Part shown: positions 14,001 through 29,000 of the stretch, one piece after another
How the letters are laid out: each line of letters begins with the position of its first letter
Numbering within the stretch: the first letter of the stretch is position 1
Source of the DNA: Botryllus schlosseri
Lineage: Eukaryota
Direction: 5' to 3'
Length of the DNA stretch: 64,000 nt
Assembly (NCBI GenBank): GCA_051294905.1
Contig: CM119380.1
Coordinates: 15,314,001 to 15,378,000, forward strand
The notes under the pieces: model-generated
Told to the model about the DNA's origin: nothing
Databases searched by the model: none
What the model saw: the letters and a program-made list of their open reading frames with translations, nothing else
Program-made: the position numbers and the translations under genes

Positions 14001-17000
14001 CTACCCTCATGAAAGTGCTCGTGGCACTGATCTTGAATACGTTATTTACCTCGAAGGTTTAGTTCGTGTCTCATGCTGCCGTAACTCAGACATATACTTG
14101 GGATTAATTCCCATAGTATAGGCGGCAGTGAGGTCGCTTTTCCCAGCGCGTTATTCGTATCTAACTATCTATATTAGTCTGCATCTATAGTTCAGACGTC
14201 TTCTCAGGGCTGTAATAATCGTAATTTAGATCAATCATGACTGCTTTTGATCTATTGAATTACATGCCCCATTCTCTAAAATCCATCGCTTAAATGTAAT
14301 CCTCCTTGTTCTACCCGCAGGTTACTGAATAATAACCAGCTACGGCGTATTCCTGCCCGTGCGTTTTCAAATCTGCCATCGCTGAAGACATTGTAAGTGT
14401 GAATCTGTTAAAAGTAAAAGAAGTTGTATTTTGATACAGTCTCTTGTGAGCGAGTTTTTATGCTTTAATGTGTTACATTTCAGATCTCTATACAAAAATC
14501 GGATTAGTCATGTCCACGAAGATGCGTTTGTCGGTATAGAATCCCTGGAACAACTGTGAGTGTGCGCTTGTTTAGATTTCTCAAATGACGCTGTACCTGT
14601 GGTGGTTCACCTGAATACTAAAATATCTCACAACACCTCTTGCGGTCTGCTTCAAACTGCAGCCGGCGGGAAGTGTCAACGGCGAAACTATCATCCACTC
14701 CAAGGCGTAGGTGCCACCCTGAGTAGTCTGAGAAGTCTGGCAATTTCCTATGGTTAATAATGGTTATCATTATTAGCCGGTGCTCATTCGACACAGATTC
14801 TTGCTCGGACTTATTAAAATCGACAAACAGTGTCTGTGATATATTGATAGCCTGTAATGAGATTGTTTCACCTCGTCCTTGGTTGCAAATTTCCGACTAC
14901 GTTCAATATCACGTGTATTGAGCATGCATTCGGCGTTGAAATCGGTGACAATCGGCTGCGACATTTGATTAGTGATTATAAGCACTGTGCATGTCAAATC
15001 GCTTTGACGGGCTGTCCCCGAACTTTGGAAGGCAATACAGCGTCTAAAATATGTTTGAAATGAGATCTCGGCTTGCCTCTTTCTCTTGGATAACCTTCGA
15101 TGCGATTGGTGTTACTGTACAAGACACGCTGGACTTCCAGGTCAGGTTAACCCTTTAAAACAAACCCACAGGTACATCTACAACAATGATTTAACGTCAC
15201 TGGATGCCTCAGTCTTTTCGCACCTTCCCAAACTTGACAGATTGTGAGTAGCGAAGATTAGAGTTTTTCATTCGTTCATTACAAGCACTGCATGGGTAAT
15301 TTTGCCTTCGAGAGTGAGACACCGTGTGTAGAGGGCGTTTTGTATTTTTCAGTCGTCTTTTTAGTTTCGTGTCATGTAACAAGGAAATTCTCACACGCCA
15401 TCGGCTCATGTAATTATCGCGCGTCACCTATGCTTGCAGGGGGACGTAGATGATTATATATCCTCGTAGGAAGATTTATGTCTTTCATCGATGTGATGAT
15501 TGCGGCATAAATTTTCTAGTCTGAGTTGTATTAACCCTCCTCGAGTTATGGTATTATGGAAAATAACATTTACGGCATAATCCCATTTCGTAAATTTCAC
15601 GGTGTCTTAAGGATGACTAAGAGACTTACGGCCATCAGCGGTTTTGATAGTAGCTCTAGTGCGTATATGCCAAGCCTGGATGATTAAATAAGCTAATGGC
15701 ATTTCCAACAGATATAAGATCCGTATTTGCCGTAAGTTGCCTCGTTGAAGCACGTCTTGAGAGATTTTCTATCACGTTTGCTAGAAATCCGCATCAACTT
15801 GAAGAAAATTATTATCGATTTTCTGCACAAGATTACTGATTGATTATTATCACTTTCCACCCGGGTGAACTATACTTGATACATTGTGAACTCTTGAAAT
15901 TGCTCATTTGTACGTTCCTGCCAGTTACTAGGATTGACAGCGTTCAAAAAGACATGGTGGCTAATGTTCTATCGGGTCACATCGAGAATTCACGAGATTT
16001 AATCACTTAGCTTGAGATGTTAGGCACTGCGTTTTGGCAGTTTCGTTCGCCACCACATTAGTGATACATCGGCAAGTTACCCATGTTTTGTCTCGCTTGT
16101 GGTGAATGGGGGGAGCGTGTTTCCGTGATCGGGTTACATTTCCGCCCTTCGCAGAAACCATCATGACTGTCTGTAGCTGTAGGAAGTGGGATATACATCG
16201 CACTTACAAGTTGAATAATGAACAGTGCGATTTTCGATATATATCATTTTCCTATTCTTCAAAATCGTATTTCGTATAAATTAGACCTAAGTAGTGGTGT
16301 AATCAGAAAATATAAACAATTCCATAGGTGAACTAATCTTAAAGTATAACTTTGATGTCATAGATATACACACGACCCGGTGTTGTGAACCGCGGGTGAG
16401 TCCCAGCAGTTTCAAAAATAATCCCTTGTTTGGTTCATTCTGCTAAAGAAATTGTGTTATTTGCTCATGTGTCAACAGAGTAGGATTAACGCAATAGCGC
16501 GATTAACTAGTTTCGAGTGAGCTATAGTACAACTTTCGGCGGTTAACACTTGTCGTTAGGAACTGCTTCATATAGGCTATATCCCAACGATTTTGACTTC
16601 GCAATATAGGTAATCGAACAGATCACTGACCAAGTTACCATTCACCCAGTATACGCGATTGGATATGATATTTGAAAAACAACATCTGTCACGATTTACG
16701 AGTCAGCGAACACGTGTAGGTGATAACTATCGCTGTTCGGTGTTCACGACTCAGTGCGCTCCACAAATTTTCGTAACTTTGATCGATAACATAACATGTC
16801 TTTTTCGATGATTGTCTGTAAATCACCGCGTGCCACTACGGTATGGAAGCACGGAGAAAATATTTTGTCGAGCTAAATTGTGAGAAATTGTCGGCAACTA
16901 TAACTGACGCGGTGGGTGGATTACGACGGCATGTTTACGATTTCGTCAGTTTTGAAATATGAAATTCGAGGATAGCAATGTGTTTTCACTCATGATGTGC

Positions 17001-20000
17001 TCATGCATTCTTATCAGATGTAATTTCAGTAGAAGTAGATTCAAATAGTGATTCTGTTTGCTAAATTATTGTTACCGCGCTGTGAACTCGTCGAGTACAT
17101 TTCTTCTAAAGGCAGTTACCTTTTTGTAGTTGTATGCCGCGATTATGTTTGTTTTGATCATGATCTCTGGAGGAATTCGCGGCATTTCCATGAAGTCTCT
17201 GCCCAAACCAGACATTATGAGATTACATACAATTGAATTAATTTGTACCATGTCACCTGCCATTATATTTCATGTCAATAACGCAACCTGCGGTGCTATT
17301 AGCTTTGTACGTGCTGTCGCGTGGTTTAAAATCATGTTTCCTCACAATCGTGCATGCAGGATGATCATTAATGATTCTTACGAATATTAATACGGTATAT
17401 GTTGCAGCGACGCTGCGTTCGCTGTTGCCATGCGCTGATCTTAACACCAAAGCAGATGATAATCGTAATATTCGTAGCACTTTCGATTCTTACGTGATTG
17501 CAGCAATACTAAACCTAACCATGCTCAAGTTTTCTTTGTTCGACTACAAGATATTGTGCCTGGCTTACTTTTGCTGTTATATCCGAACTTTGAACCTCCA
17601 CTATGAGTGAAATTTAAAAATTCCACAATCACCGATCCACTGACTCAATTTCGTCGTAATTTCTCTGTATGACGTAACTACTGCTCCCTTTCACAGATTT
17701 ATGCAGAACAACCACATTATGACACTGCCCGAAGGTTTGTTCGGAAGCCTTCCATCATTGAAGCGACTGTAAGTAATAAGTATGCCTGCCCAATTGCGCA
17801 GTCGAGAATCCAACCCTGCAAACGGATGATCTGATCGGACGCACGAATTAAATTTTCAGGCGACTAGACAACAACCAACTTATCTGCGACTGCGAAATAC
17901 GTTGGTTCGCCAAAATGTTGCGCTCATTCGGGGGGAATAACCAGGCGACAGCAACGTGCCGTTCGCCGAGATCTTTGTACGGTAGATCTATATCGGATAT
18001 ACCGCTTGCTGACTTTCGATGTAGTGAGTATCGCGATATAATTATTACAAGCACCCAACGTATGGAATCCAATTCTCTATTTTCGAGATTACATCCATCG
18101 TCAGTTAGTTGGTAAACTAGTGACTAGTGATAAATATATCTGAGTCGAGCGGTATCAATTTAGCAACGAAGTGTCTTCACCAATGCCACTAATATATTGT
18201 GACGTAACAAACAGGAATTCCGCAACAATACGACATTTCACGTCTTCATGAAGCTTGATCTCCCATGGTCAATTAGTACTATCCTTCAGTAAAACGACAC
18301 ATTGACCTGAAGTCCGGCTGTCTCTGTGGGGCAGCCTGATTCCAAGACCATGGCGCCATATTTTATGTACTGTCATGGAAGATGATCGACCGCATTTGCT
18401 CAGACTGCCCTTACGCTTACGCGTGGTTTGGCTCACATAAAGTAGACCTACTACAATTGTTGACCCACAACAGCACAGCACCGGTCAGTGGTAGGTAGAA
18501 AAATCGATTTTGAGAATTTATAGTTATGAATAACTTCCAATTGAACAACACGTAACCAAGCTAGTTGTCAATGCTTGTAACTTTGCTCAAATTATGTTTA
18601 AGGTCCGCCTATATTTATTACCCAACCTGACAGTTTGCAAGTCAGAAGTGAGGAACCTATTTATTTATCATGCACTGTGAGCGGATCGCCCCAGCCAGTC
18701 GTAACCTGGTACAGAAATGGGTGAGTATAGCTGTAAATTTTCACATCACGAATGGCAATGGCGGTGATTACGATATTTTCAGTCAACAGGTATATGCAGA
18801 TACGCGAAGGAGAATAAGTCGCGGTGGGTCGCTGATAATTTTAAGTCCGAAAAAGAACGATGAAGGTTAGCGAAAACTTCTAATAGGGTTGCATTTAAAA
18901 TAAAAATCAATTTAAATCAAACATGTTTAAAACAAGACCCTTGTTTAAAACAGATTTGTTATTGTTTTCTTCATATTCAATTACGATGTCATAGTTGGTT
19001 GACATTGACAAATGAAAATATAGGGTAAATACAGCTCCTTTGACGAAATATCTATGTACTATAGCTATTGAACGTACTATTTTGAGGGTTCCAACCATCC
19101 CTATCGTATACGTCGGGGGGGTAATTGTCCGTAGGCTCATACAACATGTTTTTGGGTAAGTATTTGCACAATCATGACATAATTTTTGCAACATAGAAAA
19201 ACACAATATTATTTTTTTAAAAAGGCATTTGTTTAAAACATATTTTAAACAAAGTGTTTTTAATAACCATTTGTTTTAAATGCAACCCTAAGTATTACTG
19301 GGGATATCACTCCATACAAATCAGTGCATATCCCAATAAATTTGAATGTCTTTTAGAATGTATTTACCACTCAAATTGCAATGTTATCAGAACCTCACAA
19401 GCACAAACGGTATCGTGATTAAATCCAAGGATGCGTGTCTTACAATGTAATTCAAAGTTGCCTATTTCAGTAATTACATAAAAACTTGAAAAGTATAGAA
19501 ATAAACACGATGTTCGCGACTTGAGTCACCTCATACACATATACCGCATGCACAGTACACAGTACACATCATGGCCTATAGCAGCAGCGCGTGACCTACG
19601 GCCTGCGGACAAATTTCTATTCGACTCGTACAAAGTGACGTCATATGTATTCACTAAGTCACAGTAGGTCCACGACGCCACAATATAGTTGAGAAATTAC
19701 CGCAGTGGGATTTTCAAGGGCATTGTTCTGTTGGACGATTATACATTCGCAATTTTCAGGTCAGTATAAATGCACTGCGGTAAACAGCGCTGGCGAGATC
19801 GAAAGCAGGGAAGCCACTGTAGTCTTCCGACATGCAACTGCCGGGCCTCCATTCTTTATAACTTCGCCAAGAGATCAGAAAGTAAGTATGAAGATATGCT
19901 GCTATGAAACCACCAAAGGGGATCGCTAACGATGCACTTCTACTCTTGTCGGAGTACTTATGTATATGTTTTTTGTGTACTTATACTGCTTACTCAAGTT

Positions 20001-23000
20001 ATCACGTTTTTCGATTACTATGTCTATTGAGCAGTTTCAGGACAAAACAACTTACTCGTTACACGTGGAATGTTGAAGAATAGAAAGCAGTTTTGGGATA
20101 GGCCTATGTGCAGCGTTTTTATGACTGAGATTGTCATACCATCACGGCAATTGAATACATATTTAGATGAAAGCAGTTAGCCTATATACGCTGTGTCATT
20201 GCAGTCAACGCAATTCCGAATGAATTCACTTCAGATTAACTAAAAGTATGCGGCCCCTCGAACAAATCTATACTTTTGAAAGCTACATACTTTTCCAGAC
20301 TTTCATTTCCTGCTTCGATTTTATTGAAGTAGTTTGCACATGTTTAAATAGCTAGTTCTACCTGCAATTCCTTACTTACGACAGTACTTTTATTTGAGTA
20401 CGAGGGCTGACTACTTTGAGCCCACCATTGCAAACCACACCACCAGTATAGGAGACCGCCTACAATCTACATATATCGAAAGGCATAAATAAAACAACGG
20501 AAAGCGTATCACATATCACGAAACACCATTCTTGTGATCAAGCCGTCGCGTGTGCAATGTGCATGAATAACTTGACAGATGTTGTGCATCAGAGTTGGAT
20601 CAATTACATTATTTCAGTTCAATTACAATTACAATTACAATTACTTTCATGCATGTTTCCATTACATTACAATTACAATTACTCCATGCTAAAAATATCA
20701 AATTACAATTACAATTACAATTACTCCTTGTATGCTTCAATTACATTACAATTACAATTACAATTGCTGCTGTTGAACATGTAATTGAATAATCATAAAT
20801 TCAACCGTGCTCCTTGACAACCATAGCGTCGTATTTAACAACAATTCAAGTCTAGTTCAGATTGTGTAGTAATAAATGCGTTTATGTGCGTACATAGTAT
20901 GCCATGTAAGATGTCATTGTGACGTAATATAAGCGTGTTTTGTATGCTCGGTAATTATGGCTCACGTAATTGGAAATGTAAAATGTTATTTACCTAATTT
21001 CCTATGGGTTAGGATTAAGGATAGGGTGCAGTATGTCGTTGAAAAAGTATCATAATATATGCACGTGTTGGATTTGCGTATATAGTATATAATTAAAGAA
21101 ATAATATTACTTTCATCGAGGGACGTAGGAATTAGGATGAGGAGTAAAAACAAAACCGTGCTTTGTCAGATAAGACGTTATATAATATCCAGTGGTCTGG
21201 TTAGTTAGCCAGACGAAGTAACGATGCAGCATCGTGATCTGAAATCGTATTGTAGATTGCCAACCCACGGATAGATGCGCAAGATGTGAGTCACGGATGA
21301 ATGCACCGACAAACGTACTGCAGAGCCGGCTAAAAGCAGCAAACTTTGTAGTCCTAGAGCTGGCGATCCATGCGTCCAAATTTGAAGCATCTGGTCTTTA
21401 TCGTAAGCTATTGATGTACTAATTCCGAAAATACGAAATAAAATCTCGTCAGGGCAATGTAACTGCTCCAAAATAGCCGTTTAAGGCCGAATGTTCTGAA
21501 AAGTGAGAGCGCTGCAGCAGCATGACCACAACAATTACCAATTACGCCCAGCGATTGTTCAGAACAATGCCGATTCCCAGACTTTCACGACTATTTTGGG
21601 ATGGTACCATTGCCTGGAAATATACTTTTATTGCGGAATCAGTGCGACACTAGCTTTCGATTAGGATCATACATATCAAATTTCGACGCTTGGATCGCCA
21701 GCTATGGGACTATCAATTCTGCTGCTTTTAGCCGGTTCAGCAGTTCGCTTCTCGGCGTATTCAATCGTGAGTCACGTGTTGCAAATCCATCCGTTGGTTA
21801 GTAATCTAAAAATTGTATACAATGGCAGCCGAGGCCAGCATAGCGGTAAAAATAAAAAAAACTTTGCCCGCAAGGGCGCAGTCAAGGGCTTCCGCGAATG
21901 GATCCACCAAATTCCTTGTCGACATTTAAAGAGAATGCATTATAAGTCAATTATTTTATGTTGTGCTTGTCAGGTCTCAATAGCAATTCAATGTAATTGA
22001 AATTGTAATTGAGCAAAATTTTTGTCAAATTACAATTGCAATTACAATTACACAAAATAAAAATGCTTCAATTACAATTACATTACAATTACATTGAAAA
22101 ATGTAATTAATTACATTCAATTACAATTACAAATTACAATTGATCCAACTCTGTTGTGCATACACATTTATTGAACGAATCACGATACAGTCCATCCTCA
22201 AGAATACAGTCCATCCTCAAGATTACAGGACCACGACTGACCTATCGATCTCGCTTCCCATGACATGCCGCCCTATTCTTGTCGCTTTCTTTTTCTATAC
22301 TGTATTCTTTACTTTCATTCAGTGTGCATGCCCCCTCTTTACATCGCCTAGACCAAGGTGGGTGTCTGATTCCATAGACAAATCCAAGTCGCTTCGACAT
22401 CTTCCTGTCTATTCATTGTATCGCATTTTTTGTGGTGTATTGAACTGATAGAATTTCTAATAAACCAATGATGATGATGATAACTTACGCTGCCTCTATT
22501 CAGGTTAAAGCGTCGAAAACTTTCGATCTCGAATGCAAAGCAGGTGGCACGCCAAAACCGACCATTCACTGGTACAGAAACGGCAGCGAAATCTCAGCGG
22601 GCAACGGCGTGCTGGTAACCGATTCCGGCTCGCTGCACTTCAGCCGCATCAAACCGGACGACGCCGGCGAGTATAGATGCGTCGCGCGCAATTCGCAAGG
22701 CGAAGTCGACGTGCGCGTGACGCTGTCTGTCGCCAGCCCGCCAGCGTTCACCCAAGAACCTTCCGACGTCGGCGTGCTGCAAGGTGAAAGCGCCACGATA
22801 ACATGTCGGTTTGTCGGCGTACCGACGCCGACGGTCACGTGGTTGAAAGACGGCGAATCGCTGCCGAGAGATCAAAGATATTTGGTAATGGACGCAGGTA
22901 ACGGAATCTTCCATACTAAACGGAAGTGGCCAGTAACGAAGTTCTTCTGCTTTTTCGATGTAGGGTTTGCACACTTGCGTTACCGACTCAAGCGGTTATG

Positions 23001-26000
23001 ATTTTATAATACTTGTACCTCAAAGTTTTCTAGGCCTAGAGTGCTCACCTTTTACCTACTCGGATATAATTTGCAGCGTTACTTCTACTTCTACTGGTGT
23101 ACCAATGGCCATACTTTGACCACTTCTGACTTTAAACCGTGAATTATCATCGATGTGTTGTTGATTTGGATATTAGACGTTAGCAACCAGTTTACACTGT
23201 GTAAAACGTATATATCTCCGATGTCCACCATAGCGCAGGGGAAGAATCGAGTACACCGCTCTTTCTAGTAGAACATTCTACTTTCACACCCATGCCAATC
23301 GGTAAAACGGGTCAAATGCACCGCTTCGTATGGATATATGTTCCAGGGATCTGTTTTCGCGTACCAAGCCAAAAAGGCATGGGATATATCTCCATAAGGA
23401 TTGCTTAATTAGACTCGATTTCGCCCATTGGATTGTCAAAGCAAAATTTTGTACCGAAAGTGCCGATGGCCTGATTTGCACCCTACTTTATGCAGAAAAT
23501 CTGATAAATAAAGCTTTTTTCCACACATGAATGTAAAGTGTACAAACCGCTACCAAATGAGCAGAGGTCATAATAACAGCTCTAAGCGTATCGATATCAG
23601 TACCAATACCACTTACAAAAGTGATATTTGTTTACGTTCAGGCGACCTTTTAATTAGAGCCACAAGCTCGGCTGACGACGGCCGGTACACTTGCAGAATA
23701 GAGAATCCGGAAGGCACTTCAAGTTCGTCCGCGGAACTCACCGTGCAAGGTTTGTACGGTCATGTCACAGTCCTGCCAACATTCGGAACGCGCATATCAA
23801 TCGATCGAATGTTGCAGTGCCGCCGAATTTCATCGTGCGCCCGCAGAATCAGCGTGTGCGACAAGGCAACACCGTGGACTTTCCTTGTAAGGCGTCCGGG
23901 ATTCCGCAACCTCACATCGTCTGGACGCTGAACGGTATGGAGAACTGCTGCTCAAATTAACGCGATGACTCAAGCATTATCTCTCAGTCTGAGTCGCTGT
24001 GGTTATTTAGTAGACAAATCATGTGCTTAGCACGCATAATCTTAACAATAATAGCTGTCATTCTGATGGTGATTTAGTACATCAATGCAGATTTACCCAA
24101 TGTTGTGCTCGGTAGCTTCGAAATAGAAACATTCTTTAACTCAAACTGGCAAGTTACCCGATTCGGGGGCTTTTAGCAGGAAATAATTCTATCAGCGTTC
24201 TCCGGCGTGTGAAAATGTCCCGCCGCTAAATGAAGGAACTATATTATGAAGTGATTTGAAGATGACGCAACCAATCATCCTGGTTTCTACGGCATTGCGA
24301 GATCCGGAATTGACCACTAAGGCTAGCGTAACCATATTTTGGAAATCTGAAAAGAAGACACTTTTTCAAAATTTTTAGACTTGCAATACCAGAGGAACAT
24401 CATAAAAAAGTGATAAATTTTTCCAAACTCGTGGTCGGTTGACTCGGGGCCCACGTAGGCCCCGGTTGATTAAAAAAGTTCAACTTTCCGGCTCAGATCC
24501 CGAATTACCGGCTTTCAACGAGATTTTCCCGTTGGTTGACTAGAAAAAGGTCATCTTTCCGACCCAACTCCCGAAATACCCGTCGGAACGTTAATGAGTA
24601 CTGATTTCCTATATTTCTGCCGAATTTTACCGTATATTTAACCAATATTTTCAAAAGAGGGAACATCTGGGCGTCCTCCGATGACACTTTCAAAACAGTA
24701 AAAAAAGAGGTCAAGTCCTCTTAAAAAAGGACGTATGGTAACCCTAGCTTAGGCAATGTATAAAACGTGTTTAATAATGATTATTTCCAAGCATATGACA
24801 ACCGAGGTACAGAAGTGGTCGGTAATAATGTAATTCTACATGAACCTAATGTGCGAATGGATGGTAATGGATGAAAGGTCAATGGAAATCATCTTTCCAG
24901 CTATACTCGGCTAATTGTTTTTCGAATCAACTACTTCGGCACCATGCTGCTTCAGTTATTTCTACTTGTACTTTTAGTTTGAGCAGCAGCAGTGCTGGGC
25001 TTCACCAATCACCACCATTAGTGAAAGATTATAGCGGTTATGTCAAGGATTGATGAAGGTTACTTACAATTTTCGGTGTCATTATTTGCCATTTACCGAT
25101 GTATAGCTGTCCAGGGATTCTACAGTGCTTGACATGATTTGGTGCGTCGACTGACATCAATGCTTCTAATTATTCTCGTCTGTGACATTGGCTTATGCTA
25201 TTACCGCAGGAGCCGGTATTGGTATTCCCAAATCAGATGAGTCATATTGTATCCGCATAGACAGTTTCCAGCTGTCTTATTCTTCCCTTACCCGGCATCG
25301 TAATGCCATAAACAGAGATTATTCGGCTCAAAACGTAATATTTTCTGTTTATTTGTTATGACATCGTGCACCATTTGCAAGCCTGAGAAAACCCACTCGA
25401 TTGGTTGTAAACAAGGGAAGTCGAAAGTTCATATAGCTGTCTAAATACTCTAAATCTTTCTGGTGGAGATAATTCCCTGCAGCTTCCATGATAATCTATC
25501 GACTCAACGCTCAAATATTCACAGCGTAGCGGTAGAGTTTTCCATAAGAGCCCGGTGTTTGGTTTATACTGATAGCATCTTGCTTCATTGCATTCCTCCT
25601 TGCCTTACAAAAGGGATAAAATCGATATGATTGGATGCTATCTAGTGGTCTTCAAAATCACAGGTATTCCACAGCGCTACTGTTACATCAGTGGGAAGCT
25701 ATATCGACTGCTGATAATATATGTCGCCGATATCATATTTTAATCCAATGTGAGTCATTTAGAGTTTCACGAGTTACAGTAAACCAACACACACTCCCCC
25801 GAGATATACTGAGTCATTGCAACGGCGTATTAAATCCGTGAAGGACTAATACATTAACACGGAGCTAATTCCCCGTCTCATGATATTTGAGTTAATAATA
25901 CATCGAACGATGTAAGGATTAAATTCACCTCGCTGAATAGTATCGGCACTCTGTCAACGCCTATTATACCGCGCGTTCATGATTTGAAACTATTTCAGGT

Positions 26001-29000
26001 CGGGCCATTCCGAGTAACAACAGATATCATGTGCTGCCATCTGGCACGTTGCGAATTCTGAGAGTGGAAACGGGAGACGCCGGGCTATTGAGGTGTGAAG
26101 CGGCAAATTCGCTGGGAGCCAGGAACGCAGACGCGACATTGGAAATTATACCTTTCCAAACTATACAATTCGCCAGGTAAGCGGGTAACACTATCAGCGT
26201 TGGAGATAGGTCGGAATCATGTTGGCGTGCTTTCCCACCAGTTTTCGAAGTATAAGATTTTGTGTGCAACTGCGAATTTGACGTCGCGAATCTTCTCATG
26301 TTTCATGGATATGATATTATGACAACTAGAGGTGGTCGAATTCGTAAGCGTTGGTAATCAAGTGTGAGAAGACGAAACTGGCGCAAATTTTACTCAATTA
26401 CACGTGGACTAGGAGCAGCGGTTTCCAAATCTTGTCAAAACTGTACTTCCAGTGGAAATTGGAAATAAACGTTTGAGAAGTACTCCATAATAGTTTCAAA
26501 AGGGATATCTGGTCGGATGGTGACATGACATTGGTATACTTAGAGCGGTTAATCAGGATCGAATGCTTCCCGAATTACAGAGTGTATCCACGCGACTAAC
26601 TCATAACGACAAATAACAGGATTATTATTTGAGAATGGCGAAAAGCTACGCTTGAGTTTTCAAGAAAAATACATAATATTCAGTTACAGTGATTAAGGAG
26701 ACATTTCGCGCAATTCGAATGACAAGTTCCCGCATGAGAGTGATGAAAAATTCCTCAAAACGTCTTCCTGCTTTGCTGCAAAATTCGTAATGTAAACATT
26801 AAGTAGTTTTGGCTACGAAACTGTTCTGTGAAAACGGAAATATTCATAATATTTTAGGTAAGTAGTCCAGTCGGAAAAACCTACTTGAGTACACGGAGAA
26901 AAAACTTCGTTACCGAACACAGCCGATAAAATCCCAAACTGATCGATCAGATATCAGATGTAGTCTTCCGACGCAGTGTTCAGCAATTATTTCTGTTCTC
27001 TCACTGGCAAAGGAAGTGTTTCGTGGTTAGGAATTATGATATACCTGTTTCAATGCGAATATCGCTCTTCCGACAAAATATACGATATCGAGCATTCGGC
27101 GTGACTCCATTTTTCCCCACTGATTTTATCTTTGTCCCCAGGACACCCACGGATCTGACTGTGGATTCTGGAGAAAAAGCTCGTATTCCGTGTCACGTGC
27201 GACAAGACACCAACAGCTTAACGTCTGTTACCGTTTCCTGGAGCAAGGACAACGTAGGCATAGTCACAGCAGGTCAGCATAGCATAGTTTCGCGAATGGA
27301 CCAAGCTTGATTTACAGACATTTACTATTCTCATGCTCGCAAGATTGAACCGTGATTTGGTATCGTCGGGACTGGGTGCAATTACTAAGTTTTCGCCAAT
27401 TCATGCAGTAATTGTAATCTAATTTGGAAAAAATGTGTGGCTTGGCTATAATACTAATTTTAATGAAACTTTGAAATAACTGTGTAATTTAATTCTACTG
27501 TAATTTGAAGAAAAAAACTGTGTAGCTATAATACTAATTTTATAACGTAGTCAAAATACTTATTTTATTGTAATTTTTAAATAACTGTGTAGCTGTAATT
27601 CTATTTCTACCGTAATTTGGAAAAAACTGTGTAGCTATGATACTAATTTTCATCTAACTTTGAAACAGCTGTAGCTATAATTCTAATTCTAATCTAATTT
27701 GGGAAAATTGCAAATTTACTGGTTGTGCGAGTCTGCGGAGGTGGACACTGGACAATGACGAATTACTTCTACTTTTTCGGAGTACTCGATTAGATTTTGT
27801 CCATTTGCAATACTTACAACGGGGCCTATAACTTAGTTATCGTAGGCCCCGCTTACACACGTGATTGTTTTTGGACTACTTTTATTTGGACACTTTCACT
27901 TGAATTGGGTTTTTGGCATAACTATTCGCTTTTTACACTTTGGATTTTGAAAGGTAAAAATTAGTTTTGGTATAGGTTTACATTGACTTTATGCATGAAA
28001 TTGTCATAGGACCCGCAGGAAATAGGTATCAGGGTAACTGAAGATATATTCGGAGATTGTACCTATCGGAGCTGTGGTGCCATCAGCCGTTTTACTTTAG
28101 TCGCGAAAATACATCATCATACTATTTCGACAGTGAAGCCACCAGGGGCCTGCGATAACATAGGTTATCTCGGGCCCAGAGCCACCTCAGTTAAGTTAAC
28201 TTTGGAAGCATGCGTCCCGACGACCAATTCTACTTTTTAAAGGTCCTTACTTGAGTACATTTCAAACCATGCTTCTTCGACTTCCTCTTGAAGTAGTTTT
28301 GATATGCTTCAGGGATCACTTCTTCTACTTGTAATTGATTACCACCGCTAACTACTTTGACCACCACCTATGGCACTATATACTTATTCGTGTCGTCTCT
28401 TATTCTTTCGTATTATCTGACCATTGCCCCAGAGACCGGAACGCAGAATTCAGCCAACACCTACAATGCAAAATGGTTATAAAAAAGCCAACAATATCCA
28501 CACCTGGTATATCTGGAAGCTTGCTTCTTTTTATCGCGACTATCCACACAAGACCGCGAAAATGATAGTTGGGTCCGCGAAATATCATCGATATTATCCT
28601 ACGCTCTCGTTGCAACTTTATGCGCCAATGTCGAGAACTGTTTTTATTGCAAAAACACGTGACTGCGTACTGCATATTTATAATTCCAAAGAACCTGATA
28701 CTGTCAACTTGACCTTGACGTAATGTAGGTATTTGCTCATAACAAGTGTCATCATAACACGCGAGTTTATCCGTCTTACGCTTGATTGTAAATATTTTTT
28801 TGACGCTATATCAAAATTTGCGTCTTCTCCGAATTACATCGCGATGCATATCGATATCAGTAAAGATGATGTAACATAATTGAATGTTATTTTTCTCCGA
28901 AGCTATCTTAACAAGTTAACTTATTACAGATTCGACGCGTAATCGTATACATTTGCATTCTCGGTTTGAGTACTCGATTGCATTCGAGATTCATGGATTG

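Noticed and set aside
20557-20792. ORFs with QLQLQL, NYNYNY or ITITIT repeats
   Set aside because: Translations of the (CAATTA)n subterminal array of a transposon.
22566-22974. Minus-strand ORFs of 90 and 126 aa
   Set aside because: Antisense shadows of Ig exon 11.
27254-27259. Alternative donor GTAGGC for exon 15
   Set aside because: Gives phase 0, which puts exon 16 out of the Ig reading frame.
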